NCBI RefSeq assembly: GCF_000023205.1
Contig: NC_012803.1
Location: 1,260,001 to 1,292,000, forward strand
Source of the DNA: Micrococcus luteus NCTC 2665
GTDB lineage: Bacteria; Actinomycetota; Actinomycetes; Actinomycetales; Micrococcaceae
DNA length: 32,000 nucleotides
Reading direction: 5' to 3'
The position numbers were made by a program, and so were the translations under genes. Below the pieces are notes generated by a model, which was not told the origin of the DNA, made no database searches, and worked only from the letters and a program-made list of their open reading frames with translations. Of the stretch, positions 10,101 through 18,044 are shown piece by piece (position 1 is the stretch's first letter; each line of letters opens with the position of its first letter).

Positions 10101-10596
10101 GCCGGGTCGGGGCGCAGACCAGGACCGCGGAGGCGGTGGAGCCGGAGCCGCTGGTCACCTCCAGCCGGTGCCAGCCCGGGGCGAGGTCGGCGGGGATCTG
10201 CACGTGGACGCGCTCGCGCTCGACGCCGTCGACCAGACGGACCTCGGACACCGGCTCGCTCACGCTCACTTCGAGGGTCCGCCCGTCCTCCGTGTGCACG
10301 CGGGCCACGACCGGCTCGCCCGCGGCCACGTGGCACGGCACGGACAGGCGGTGACCGGACCGGGCGGCGACGGTGGGCGGGAGCACGTCCCGCCAGGGGG
10401 CCGTCTCCGCCTCCTCCACCGCTTCGGCCAGAGCCGCGACCCCGTCCGGTCGGACCGACACGCCGAGGGCGGCGAGCACCTTCACGAGGGCCTCGTCCGG
10501 CACGGTCTGGGCCGAGCCGTCCTGCCCGACGTACTCGGGCTGCACCCCGTGGGCTCGCGCGAGCCGGTGCAGCAGTGCGGGGGCTTCCAGGGCCAT
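7138..10596 (-). CDS. malQ: Fusion protein: N-terminal 4-alpha-glucanotransferase (MalQ) joined to a C-terminal MshA-like GT4 glycosyltransferase
   Basis: A single stop-free frame. Codons 1-721 (10596..8434) form a full-length actinobacterial MalQ ([20 protein letters not shown] near its end). Codons 722-1152 (8433..7141) form a full-length MshA-type GT4 ([46 protein letters not shown]). The start was chosen at ATG 10596 (GGAGG 5 nt upstream), with ATG 10608 as an alternative. The track start at 10773 lies inside tRNA-Leu and is not credible. Confidence 0.85.
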   Translation of the reverse strand: [1152 protein letters not shown]

Positions 10597-10686
10597 CGGG
10601 TCCTCCATGCCGTCGTGCGGTTCCACCGACGGCGCCTGCCGTCGCACGGACACCACTCTAGAGGGGACCCCGGACGGGAGAACACG

Positions 10687-10717
10687 CAGGGCCCCGGTCG
10701 TGACGACCGGGGCCCTG
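10687..10717 (-). terminator. 14-bp-stem hairpin just downstream of tRNA-Leu
   Basis: CAGGGCCCCGGTCG-tga-CGACCGGGGCCCTG is a perfect inverted repeat. It lies 16 nt past the tRNA 3' end and upstream of the malQ start. Confidence 0.55.
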
Positions 10718-10732
10718 CTGCTCGACGAGCGG

Positions 10733-10816
10733 TGCGCGAGGGGGGACTTGAACCCCCACGTCCTTGCGGACACAGCGACCTCAACGCTGCGCGTCTACCA
10801 ATTCCGCCACTCGCGC
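10733..10816 (-). tRNA. tRNA-Leu (anticodon GAG)
   Basis: Hand-folded cloverleaf on the minus strand. Acceptor GCGCGAG/CTCGCGC; D-arm GCG-GAATTGGTAGA-CGC; anticodon stem CAGCG/CGCTG with loop TTGAGGT; long variable arm GTCC-GCAA-GGAC; T-arm GGGGG-TTCAAGT-CCCCC; discriminator A. CCA is not encoded. Confidence 0.95.
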
Positions 10817-10932
10817 TCATCGGTGGAGCCCTGGGAGGGGCTCCGTCGCCCACCGCGTTCCGGTCCTGTCCGGTCCGTCCCGCTCCGGGCAACTCGAGAA
10901 AGATAGCACGGGTTCGGGCTAGGCTCAAAACC

Positions 10933-12258
10933 ATGGTCGAGAACATCGAGAACCCCGCCCGCTCGAGCCCCGAGGACCGCGTCGTGGAGATCTGCCGCGA
11001 CCTCATCCGGATCGACACCACCAACCGCGGGGGCAACGTCTCCGTCGGTGAGCCCGAGGCCGCGGAGTACTGCGCCCGGCTCATGACCGAGGCGGGGATG
11101 ACCCCCCGCTTCTTCGAGTCGGCGCCGGGCCGGGTCTCCGTCGTCGGGCACCTCCCGGGCTGGGATCCGGAGGCGCCGGGGCTCGTCATCCACGGGCACA
11201 CGGACGTGGTCCCCGCCGAGGCGGACGAGTGGAGCGTGGACCCGTTCGGCGCCGAGCTCAAGGACGGCATGATCTGGGGGCGCGGCGCCGTGGACATGAA
11301 GGGCATGGACGCCATGGTGCTCGCAGTGCTGCTGCACCTGGTCCGCACGGGCCGCCGGCCGCGGCGCCCCCTGACGGTCGCGTTCTTCGCCGACGAGGAG
11401 GCCGGCGGCGTCTACGGCGCACGCTGGGTCGTGGACCACCACCCCGAGGTGTTCGACGGGTGCACCGAGGCGATCTCCGAGGTGGGGGGCTTCTCCACCG
11501 AGGTGCACGGCTCGCGCGCCTACCTCGTGCAGACCGCGGAGAAGGGGCTCGCCTGGCTCAACCTCACCGCGCAGGGCGCCCCCGGGCACGGCTCGGCCCC
11601 GCACCCGGACAACGCGGTCACCCGGCTGGCCGGCGCCATGACCCGCATCGGCGGGCACGAGTGGCCGCTCGTGTACACCAAGACCACGCGCGCGCTGCTC
11701 GAACAGGTGGCCGAGATCATGGGCGTGGACTTCGACGAGACGGACCCGACGCCGCAGCTCGACGCGCTCGGGCAGGCCCGGTCCTGGGTGGCCGGCACCC
11801 TGCGCACCTCGTCCAACCCGACGGGGCTGACCGCCGGCTACAAGCACAACGTCATCCCGTCCTCGGCCACCGGCACCGTGGACGTCCGCCTGATCCCCGG
11901 GGAGGAGGAGTCCGCCCTCGCCACGATCGCCGAGCTCGCCGGTCCGGGCGTGACCATCGAACCCGAGCACCGGGACGTCGCCCTGGAGACCCCCTTCTCC
12001 GGGGACCTGGTGGAGCTGATGATCGCCTCGCTGCAGGCGGAGGACCCCGAGGCCCAGGTGCTGCCGTTCATGCTCGGCGGGGGCACGGACAACAAGTCCC
12101 TCTCCCGGCTGGGCATCACCGGCTACGGCTTCGCGCCCATGCGCCTGCCCGCCGACCTGGCCTTCACGTCCCTGTTCCACGGCATCGACGAGCGGGTGCC
12201 CGTGGACGCACTCGAGTTCGGCTGCCGGGTGCTCGAGCGGATGCTGGAGCCGCGCTGA
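10933..12258 (+). CDS. M20/M25/M40 family metallopeptidase (dipeptidase, Rv2141c-like)
   Basis: 441 aa. Metal-binding motifs are LVIHGHTDVVP, GRGAVDMKG and FFADEEAGG. This is only the last part of the 1680-aa track ORF; the first in-frame ATG after the tRNA is at 10933. Confidence 0.9.
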   Translation: MVENIENPARSSPEDRVVEICRDLIRIDTTNRGGNVSVGEPEAAEYCARLMTEAGMTPRFFESAPGRVSVVGHLPGWDPEAPGLVIHGHTDVVPAEADEWSVDPFGAELKDGMIWGRGAVDMKGMDAMVLAVLLHLVRTGRRPRRPLTVAFFADEEAGGVYGARWVVDHHPEVFDGCTEAISEVGGFSTEVHGSRAYLVQTAEKGLAWLNLTAQGAPGHGSAPHPDNAVTRLAGAMTRIGGHEWPLVYTKTTRALLEQVAEIMGVDFDETDPTPQLDALGQARSWVAGTLRTSSNPTGLTAGYKHNVIPSSATGTVDVRLIPGEEESALATIAELAGPGVTIEPEHRDVALETPFSGDLVELMIASLQAEDPEAQVLPFMLGGGTDNKSLSRLGITGYGFAPMRLPADLAFTSLFHGIDERVPVDALEFGCRVLERMLEPR

Positions 12259-12274
12259 TCCGGGCCGCGGGCGG

Positions 12275-12297
12275 CGACGACGGCCGGGGCGTCGTCG
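12275..12297. terminator. Hairpin between convergent genes
   Basis: CGACGACG-gccgggg-CGTCGTCG (8-bp stem) lies between the stop at 12258 (+) and the stop at 12311 (-). Confidence 0.4.
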
Positions 12298-12310
12298 TCG
12301 CGACCGCGCC

Positions 12311-12535
12311 TCAGAGGGTCTGCAGGGTCGAGGCCACGCGCATCACGCGGCGGCGCATCCAGTAGCGGCGCGCCCCGTCGCGATAGTGCACGGAGCGCTG
12401 CAGCTCCCATTGGCCGTACTCCGCGTGCTCCACGAGACGCCGCCGGGCGTCGGCGAGGGACTCGTGGGGGGCGACCGTCATCACCAGGTACTCCCACTTC
12501 TGTCCGCGGGAGATCGCGTCGAGGGTCGAGGACAT
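12311..12535 (-). CDS. DUF5703-family small protein
   Basis: 74 aa from the ATG at 12535. The core KWEYLVMTV..ADARRRLVEHAEYGQWELQRS..DGARRYWMRRRV matches the conserved actinobacterial DUF5703 pattern (HAEYGxWEL). The start is uncertain, with GTG 12550 as an alternative. Confidence 0.7.
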   Translation of the reverse strand: MSSTLDAISRGQKWEYLVMTVAPHESLADARRRLVEHAEYGQWELQRSVHYRDGARRYWMRRRVMRVASTLQTL

Positions 12536-12643
12536 CAGCTGTTCACGCACCCGCCCATCCTGGCAGACGGCGTCGGGTCCGGCGGTCGGTCCCGTACGGC
12601 CCACCCCTGGCCGCGTCACCGGCCACCGGGTTACCGTTCACCC

Positions 12644-12862
12644 ATGAGCTCTGACGCCCGCATGGCCCTCGAGGCCCTCACCACCGCCCTGAACGAACAC
12701 CTCGTGGCCGCGCAGAACAAGCGGGGCGAGGACGACCCCGCCGTCGAAGCCGCCTTCTTCGCCGTGGCCGACGCCTTCGAGGCCTACGAGGACGCCCTGT
12801 ACGCGGACACCGAGGAGGTCACCCCGCTCGACCTCTTCGACGACGAGGACGACGACGACTGA
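12644..12862 (+). CDS. small conserved acidic protein (hypothetical), poly-Asp/Glu C-terminus
   Basis: 72 aa, MSSDARMALEALTTALNEHL...LDLFDDEDDDD. It has strong G/C third-position bias and is followed directly by a 12-bp-stem terminator. Confidence 0.6.
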   Translation: MSSDARMALEALTTALNEHLVAAQNKRGEDDPAVEAAFFAVADAFEAYEDALYADTEEVTPLDLFDDEDDDD

Positions 12863-12884
12863 CCGTCCTGCTCGTGACGGACCG

Positions 12885-12914
12885 CACGGCCCCGGGTTCC
12901 CGCCCGGGGCCGTG
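12885..12914 (+). terminator. 12-bp-stem hairpin after the acidic-protein gene
   Basis: CACGGCCCCGGG-ttcccg-CCCGGGGCCGTG is a perfect inverted repeat, 23 nt after the stop codon. Confidence 0.6.
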
Positions 12915-12931
12915 GCGTACAGTGACCCTCC

Positions 12932-13765
12932 GTGACGTGGATCGAAGCCATCATCCTGGGCCTGGTACAGGGCCTCACCGAGTTCCTGCCCATCTCCTCC
13001 TCCGCCCACATCCGCATCGTGGGCGAGTTCCTCCCCTCCGCGACCGACCCGGGCGCGGCGTTCACGGCCATCACGCAGCTCGGCACCGAGCTGGCCGTCC
13101 TCATCTACTTCTGGCGCGACATCACCCGCATCATCGGCCGGTGGTCCGCCGCGGTCACGGGGCGGATCCCGCATTCGGACCCCGATGCGCGGATGGGCTG
13201 GCTGATCATCGTGGGCTCGATCCCGATCGCGGTCCTGGGCCTGCTGCTCGAGGACTGGATCGACACGGAGTTCCGGTCGCTGTGGATCACGGCGACCATG
13301 CTCATCGTGTTCGGCGTCCTGCTCGCCCTGGCGGACCGGCTCGGGCGCCAGACGAAGCCGCTCGAGAAGCTCACCGTGCGGGACGGCGTCCTCTACGGCC
13401 TGGCCCAGGCCCTCGCGCTGATCCCGGGCGTCTCGCGCTCCGGCGGCACCATCGCGGCCGGCCTGGCCATGGGCTACACCCGGCCCGCCGCCACCCGCTA
13501 CGCGTTCCTGCTGGCGGTGCCCGCCGTGTTCGCCTCCGGCCTGTACAAGCTGTACACCTCGCTCACCGATCCCGGCACGCAGGGCCCGTACGGCATGGGG
13601 GAGACGCTGGTCGCGACCGCGGTCGCCTTCGTGGTGGCCTACGCGGTCATCGCCTGGCTCATGCGCTTCATCAGCACCAACTCGTACCTGCCGTTCGTCT
13701 GGTACCGCATCCTCCTGGGCGGCGTCCTGTTCGCCCTGCTGGGCGCGGGCGTCATCAGCGCCTGA
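12932..13765 (+). CDS. uppP: undecaprenyl-diphosphate phosphatase (UppP/BacA)
   Basis: 277 aa polytopic membrane protein with the UppP signatures [17 protein letters not shown] and [14 protein letters not shown] start. Confidence 0.95.
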   Translation: MTWIEAIILGLVQGLTEFLPISSSAHIRIVGEFLPSATDPGAAFTAITQLGTELAVLIYFWRDITRIIGRWSAAVTGRIPHSDPDARMGWLIIVGSIPIAVLGLLLEDWIDTEFRSLWITATMLIVFGVLLALADRLGRQTKPLEKLTVRDGVLYGLAQALALIPGVSRSGGTIAAGLAMGYTRPAATRYAFLLAVPAVFASGLYKLYTSLTDPGTQGPYGMGETLVATAVAFVVAYAVIAWLMRFISTNSYLPFVWYRILLGGVLFALLGAGVISA

Positions 13766-13829
13766 GCCCGCTCCCGCCACCGGGCAGGACGGCCCGGCCC
13801 CGCCGAACCACCCCGATGTGAGGAGTCCC

Positions 13830-15098
13830 GTGAAGTCCTGGAGCACCCCCGCCCCGCCCACCGTGCCGAGCCGCCCCGACCGGCTGCGGCTGCATGACAC
13901 CGCCACGGGACGGACCCGGCATCCGGGCAACGACGGCCGGCGCGCCTCGCTGTACGTCTGCGGGATCACCCCGTACGACGCGACGCATCTCGGCCACGCG
14001 AGCACCTATGTGGCCTTCGACCTGCTGCACCGCTACTGGCGCGCGGCCGGTCTCGAGGTCGCCTACGTCCAGAACGTGACCGACGTGGACGACCCCCTGC
14101 TCGAGCGGGCCGAGGCGACCGGCGTCGACTGGCGCGCTCTCGCCGAGGAGCAGACCGACCTGTTCCGTGCGGACATGGCCGCCCTCGAGGTGCTCGCCCC
14201 GGATCACTACGTCGGCGCGACCGAGGCGGTGGGCCTGGTGGTGGACGCCGTCGAGACGATGCTGGCGGCGGGCCGGGCCTACCGCGTGCCGGGCGGCGAC
14301 GGCGAGCCCGAGGGGGACGTCTACTTCGACGTCCGCTCGGCCCAGTCCGCGACCGACTGGCGCCTCGGGCAGGTCTCCGCGATGGACCTGGACGAGATGG
14401 CCGCGGTGTTCCCGGAGCGGGGAGGCGACCCCGACCGCCCCGGCAAGCGCGACCCGCTGGATCCGTTGCTGTGGCGCGTGCACCGCGAGGGCGAGCCCGC
14501 CTGGGATGGGCGGTCGCTCGGCTCCGGCCGGCCCGGCTGGCACATCGAGTGCTCCGTGATCTCCCGGGCCCACCTGCCGGCGCCGTTCACGGTGCAGGGC
14601 GGCGGCTCCGACCTGCGGTTCCCGCACCATGAGTTCTCCGCCGCGCACGCCACCGCCGTCGACGGCCTGCCGCTCGCGCACACCTACGCGCACACCGGCA
14701 TGGTGGCCCTGGACGGCGAGAAGATGTCCAAGTCCCTCGGCAACCTCGAACTCGTCTCCCGCCTGCGGGCGCGGGGCGTCGAGCCGGTGGCCGTCCGCGC
14801 GGCGATCCTCGCGCACCACTACCGGTCGGACTGGGAGTGGTCCGAGCAGGTGCTGACCGACGCCCAGGCGCGGGTGACCCGCTGGCGCGCCGCCCTGGAC
14901 GGACCGCATGCCGCCGCCGGCGTCGCCGTGCTGGACGCGGTCCACGCGGCGCTCTCGGACGACCTCGACGCCCCCCGCGCGCTGGAGGCCCTCGACGCAT
15001 GGGCGGCCGGCACCCTGCCGGGCCTGGTCGAGACCGCCGCCGACCCGGTGCCGGTCGTGGACGTCGTGGCGGCGCTGCTGGGTCTGCGCCTGCGCTGA
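13830..15098 (+). CDS. mshC: L-cysteine:1D-myo-inositol 2-amino-2-deoxy-alpha-D-glucopyranoside ligase (MshC, mycothiol synthesis)
   Basis: 422 aa, CysRS-like catalytic core ([22 protein letters not shown]) without the anticodon-binding tail. The N-terminus (M)[18 protein letters not shown] resembles MshC MQSW... The GTG at 13830 has GAGGAG 4 nt upstream and is preferred over the track start at 13818. Confidence 0.9.
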   Translation: MKSWSTPAPPTVPSRPDRLRLHDTATGRTRHPGNDGRRASLYVCGITPYDATHLGHASTYVAFDLLHRYWRAAGLEVAYVQNVTDVDDPLLERAEATGVDWRALAEEQTDLFRADMAALEVLAPDHYVGATEAVGLVVDAVETMLAAGRAYRVPGGDGEPEGDVYFDVRSAQSATDWRLGQVSAMDLDEMAAVFPERGGDPDRPGKRDPLDPLLWRVHREGEPAWDGRSLGSGRPGWHIECSVISRAHLPAPFTVQGGGSDLRFPHHEFSAAHATAVDGLPLAHTYAHTGMVALDGEKMSKSLGNLELVSRLRARGVEPVAVRAAILAHHYRSDWEWSEQVLTDAQARVTRWRAALDGPHAAAGVAVLDAVHAALSDDLDAPRALEALDAWAAGTLPGLVETAADPVPVVDVVAALLGLRLR

Positions 15099-15120
15099 CC
15101 CCGCCGGGCGCGGCCGGGCG

Positions 15121-16071
15121 TCAGCGTCCGCCGCGCCCGCGCAGGTAGCGCTCGAACTCCCGCGCGATCGACTCGCCCGAGGCCTCCGGCAGCTGCTGCG
15201 TGTCCTGGGCCTCCTCGAGCTGCCGGACGTAGGCGGCGACGTCGGGGTCCTCGGCGGCCAGCTCGTCGACGCCGCGCTGCCAGGCCCTCGCGTCGTCCTC
15301 GAGCCCGCGCGTGGACACGCTCACGTGCAGCAGGTCCTCGACCGCCTCGACCAGCCCGAGCAGCGTCTTGGGGGAGGGCGCCTGCGCCACGTAGTGGGGC
15401 ACCGTCCCCCACAGCGAGAGGCTCGGCAGGCCGCGGCGCGCGGCCTCGTCCGCGACGACGCCGATGATCCCGGTGGGCCCCTCGTAGACCGGACGGTCCG
15501 CACCGACGGCCACCCGCACGTCCACGAGCGGCGAGGTCGGGCGGGCGCGCAGGGGCCGGGTGTGGGGCACGTCCGCCAGCAACGCGCCCAGCGTCACGAC
15601 GGCGTCCACGTCACGCGCGTCGGCCGCCGTGAACAGCTCCTCGAGGAACGCGCGCCACCGCACGTTCGGCTCCACGCCGACGGCGAGGAGCACGCGCACC
15701 CCGTCCGGCGGGGCGGCCTCGCCCGCGACGGGCCGACCCTCACGGTCCAGGAGCGCCTCGTGCAGGGCGACCGCAGGCCAGTCCAGCGTCCCCAGCCCGT
15801 CGGCGTCGCGCCGGACCAGCGGCCGGGTGACCTGGTAGTCGTAGAACTCGCCGTCGCACACCCGTCCCGCGTCCGCCGCGTCCCACTGCTCCCGCAGCGC
15901 GCCCAGGGCCCCGGTCGCGGCCTCCCCGGCGTCGTTCCACCCCTCGAAGGCCAGCAGCAGGACCGTGGGGGCCCGCCGCCCGGCCTCGAGCGCGTCCACG
16001 GTCGCCGTCAGGTGGGTCCGCAGCGGGCCCAGGGCGTCGTCCGGCTGGTCCTCGGAGGTAGCGTCGGTCAT
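15121..16071 (-). CDS. PAC2 (proteasome assembly chaperone 2-like) family protein, Rv2125-like
   Basis: About 316 aa. It contains LLLAFEGWNDAGEAAT, YEGPTGIIGVV and SLWGTVPHYV, characteristic of actinobacterial PAC2-family proteins. ATG 16071 was chosen, with GTG 16089 as an alternative. Confidence 0.85.
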   Translation of the reverse strand: MTDATSEDQPDDALGPLRTHLTATVDALEAGRRAPTVLLLAFEGWNDAGEAATGALGALREQWDAADAGRVCDGEFYDYQVTRPLVRRDADGLGTLDWPAVALHEALLDREGRPVAGEAAPPDGVRVLLAVGVEPNVRWRAFLEELFTAADARDVDAVVTLGALLADVPHTRPLRARPTSPLVDVRVAVGADRPVYEGPTGIIGVVADEAARRGLPSLSLWGTVPHYVAQAPSPKTLLGLVEAVEDLLHVSVSTRGLEDDARAWQRGVDELAAEDPDVAAYVRQLEEAQDTQQLPEASGESIAREFERYLRGRGGR

Positions 16072-16154
16072 GGCGGCCAGCCTAGACACGGCCCGACGAC
16101 GGGGTCACGGCCCGCGACCCGCCCGGCACACCCCCGGCGGCGGCGCTCGATAGG

Positions 16155-16904
16155 ATGCACTCCATGCCCCGCCACCCCGCGCCCGCCCCGGACGACCGTG
16201 CCCGCCGCCTGCCGCGCGCCGTCCTGTGGGACATGGACGGCACCCTCGTGGACACCGAGCCCCTGTGGAACGCCGTCCAGCGCCGGCTGGTGGTCGAGCA
16301 CGGCGGCACCTGGTCGGAGGACCTGGCCGCCTCCCTCGTGGGACGCCCCCTGGACGAGGGGGCGCGCCGCCTGCAGGCGGCCGGGCTGGACCTGCCCGTG
16401 CAGCGGATCATCGACCTGACGATGGACGAGGTCGTCCAGGGGGTCGTCAACGGGGTGCCGTGGCGGCCGGGCGCCCGGGAGCTGCTCGTGGCGCTCGCCG
16501 AGGCCGGCGTGCCGGGCGCCCTCGTGACGATGTCCCACGCCCCGCTGGCCCGCGCGCTGGCCGAGCGGGCGCCGGCGGGCACGCTGGACGTCGTCGTCTC
16601 GGGGGACATGGTCTCCCGGGGCAAGCCCGACCCGGAGGCGTACCGGCTGGGCCTGCAGCTGCTGGCCGAGCGGACACCGGGGCTGACGGCCGCCGACTGT
16701 GTGGCGGTCGAGGACTCCCCGGTGGGCGTCGGCGCGGCCGTGGCCGCGGGCCTGCCGACGGTCGGCGTGCCCAGCGTGCTGCCGTTGCCGGCAGGGCTCG
16801 CGACCGTCGAGTGGACGACGCTCGCCGGCCGCACGCCGGCCGACCTCGCCGCGGTCCGTCGGATCGCTGCCGCGCGCCGGCCCGGGGCGGACGGGGCCGG
16901 ATGA
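16155..16904 (+). CDS. HAD-IA family hydrolase (phosphatase)
   Basis: HAD motifs: motif I AVLWDMDGTLVDTE, motif III GKPDPEAY and motif IV VAVEDSPVGV. Confidence 0.85.
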   Translation: MHSMPRHPAPAPDDRARRLPRAVLWDMDGTLVDTEPLWNAVQRRLVVEHGGTWSEDLAASLVGRPLDEGARRLQAAGLDLPVQRIIDLTMDEVVQGVVNGVPWRPGARELLVALAEAGVPGALVTMSHAPLARALAERAPAGTLDVVVSGDMVSRGKPDPEAYRLGLQLLAERTPGLTAADCVAVEDSPVGVGAAVAAGLPTVGVPSVLPLPAGLATVEWTTLAGRTPADLAAVRRIAAARRPGADGAG

Positions 16905-18028
16905 GCGGGCCCGCCTCCGTCCGGCTGGGCACGATCGCCGGCGCACCGGTGCGCCTGTCCTGGTCCTGGCTCCTGATCGCCGCGGTCATCACCCTCGCGT
17001 TCGGCCCGCAGATCCAGCGCGCGCTGCCCTCGATCGGCGCCGGCGCCTACGGGGTGGCCCTGGGGTACGCCGTGCTCCTGGCCCTCTCCGTCCTGGTCCA
17101 CGAGGCCGCCCACGCCCTCACCGGCCGCGCCTTCGGCCAGCGCACCGAGGAGATCGCGCTCACCCTGTGGGGCGGGCACACCCAGTTCCGCAGCCCGTCC
17201 TCCCGACCGCTGGACACGGTGCTCACCGCGATGGCCGGCCCCGCCGCGAACCTCGTGCTCGCGGGCCTCGCCCACCTGGCGGCCGGCGCCGTGCCCGGCC
17301 CGTCCGTCCCCGCCCTGCTGCTCGAGGTCACGGTGTGGGCCAACCTCCTCCTGGCCGCGTTCAACGCGCTGCCGGGCACCCCGCTCGACGGCGGCCGCAT
17401 GGTCGAGTCCGCCGTCTGGGCCGCCACCGGCTCCCGGGCCCGCGGCGTCGAGGCGGCCGGCTGGGCCGGGCGCGTCGTCGCGGTGGGCGTCCTCGCGGCG
17501 GTGCTCGGCCCCCCGATCCTCGCGGGCCGCGCGCCGGACCTGTTCGTCGTCGTCCTGGCGGCCTGGGTCGCCCTCACCCTGTGGCGGGGCGCGGACGACG
17601 CCGTGCGCCACGGGCGCTGGAGCCGCCGGCTGGAGACCCTGCGGCTCGAACAGGTCGAGGCGCCCGCCGTCGCCCTGCCCGAGCACCTCAGCGTCGCCGA
17701 GGCCCTGGCCCAGGCGGACGGCGGCCGCCGCGCCGTCGTGGCCGTGGACGGGGCCGGTCGGCCCCGCGGCGTGCTGGACCTCGCGGCCGCGGCGGGCCTG
17801 ACCCCGGCGCGCCGCACGACCACCGCCCTGGCCGCGGTCGCCGTCGCGCTGGCCCCGGAGGCCGTCCTCGTCCGCGATGACGTCCCCGCCGCCGGTCCCG
17901 ACCTGGCCGCCCGTCTGGCCGACCCCCAGACCCCCGTGTGGGTGCTGACCGACGCGCACGGCCTCGTGCGCTCCGTGGTGCCCCGCGAGACGATCCTCGC
18001 CGCCGTCGACGCGACGCGGCGTCCCTGA
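16901..18028 (+). CDS. site-2 protease (M50) family membrane metalloprotease with C-terminal CBS-like region
   Basis: 375 aa. HExxH is present as VLVHEAAHALTG, followed by a downstream NLLLAAFNALPGTPLDGG motif and multiple TM segments. The ATG overlaps the HAD stop (ATGA at 16901-16904). Confidence 0.85.
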   Translation: MSGPASVRLGTIAGAPVRLSWSWLLIAAVITLAFGPQIQRALPSIGAGAYGVALGYAVLLALSVLVHEAAHALTGRAFGQRTEEIALTLWGGHTQFRSPSSRPLDTVLTAMAGPAANLVLAGLAHLAAGAVPGPSVPALLLEVTVWANLLLAAFNALPGTPLDGGRMVESAVWAATGSRARGVEAAGWAGRVVAVGVLAAVLGPPILAGRAPDLFVVVLAAWVALTLWRGADDAVRHGRWSRRLETLRLEQVEAPAVALPEHLSVAEALAQADGGRRAVVAVDGAGRPRGVLDLAAAAGLTPARRTTTALAAVAVALAPEAVLVRDDVPAAGPDLAARLADPQTPVWVLTDAHGLVRSVVPRETILAAVDATRRP

Positions 18029-18044
18029 ACCGAAGGAGCCCCCC

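Noticed and set aside
7064-10336. Several 350-650-aa minus-strand ORFs (7064..9010, 8889..9962, 9065..10336) in alternative frames of the malQ-mshA region
   Set aside because: Their translations are extremely Arg/Pro/Gly-rich and lack the G/C third-position periodicity of the MalQ-MshA frame. They are overlapping-frame artefacts.
10621-10640. CGTCGGTG upstream of malQ, resembling the PafBC/RecA-NDp half-motif TGTCGGTG
   Set aside because: The required TAnnnT -10-like element 8 nt downstream is absent (the sequence there is CGACGG), so this is likely a chance GC-rich match.
7216-12258. 1680-aa plus-strand ORF, the longest in the window
   Set aside because: Only its last 441 codons (10933-12258) encode a recognisable protein, the M20 peptidase. 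The rest is antisense to malQ-mshA, is Arg/Gly/Pro/His-rich low-complexity sequence, and runs straight through the tRNA-Leu gene. It is a stop-free shadow frame typical of high-GC DNA.
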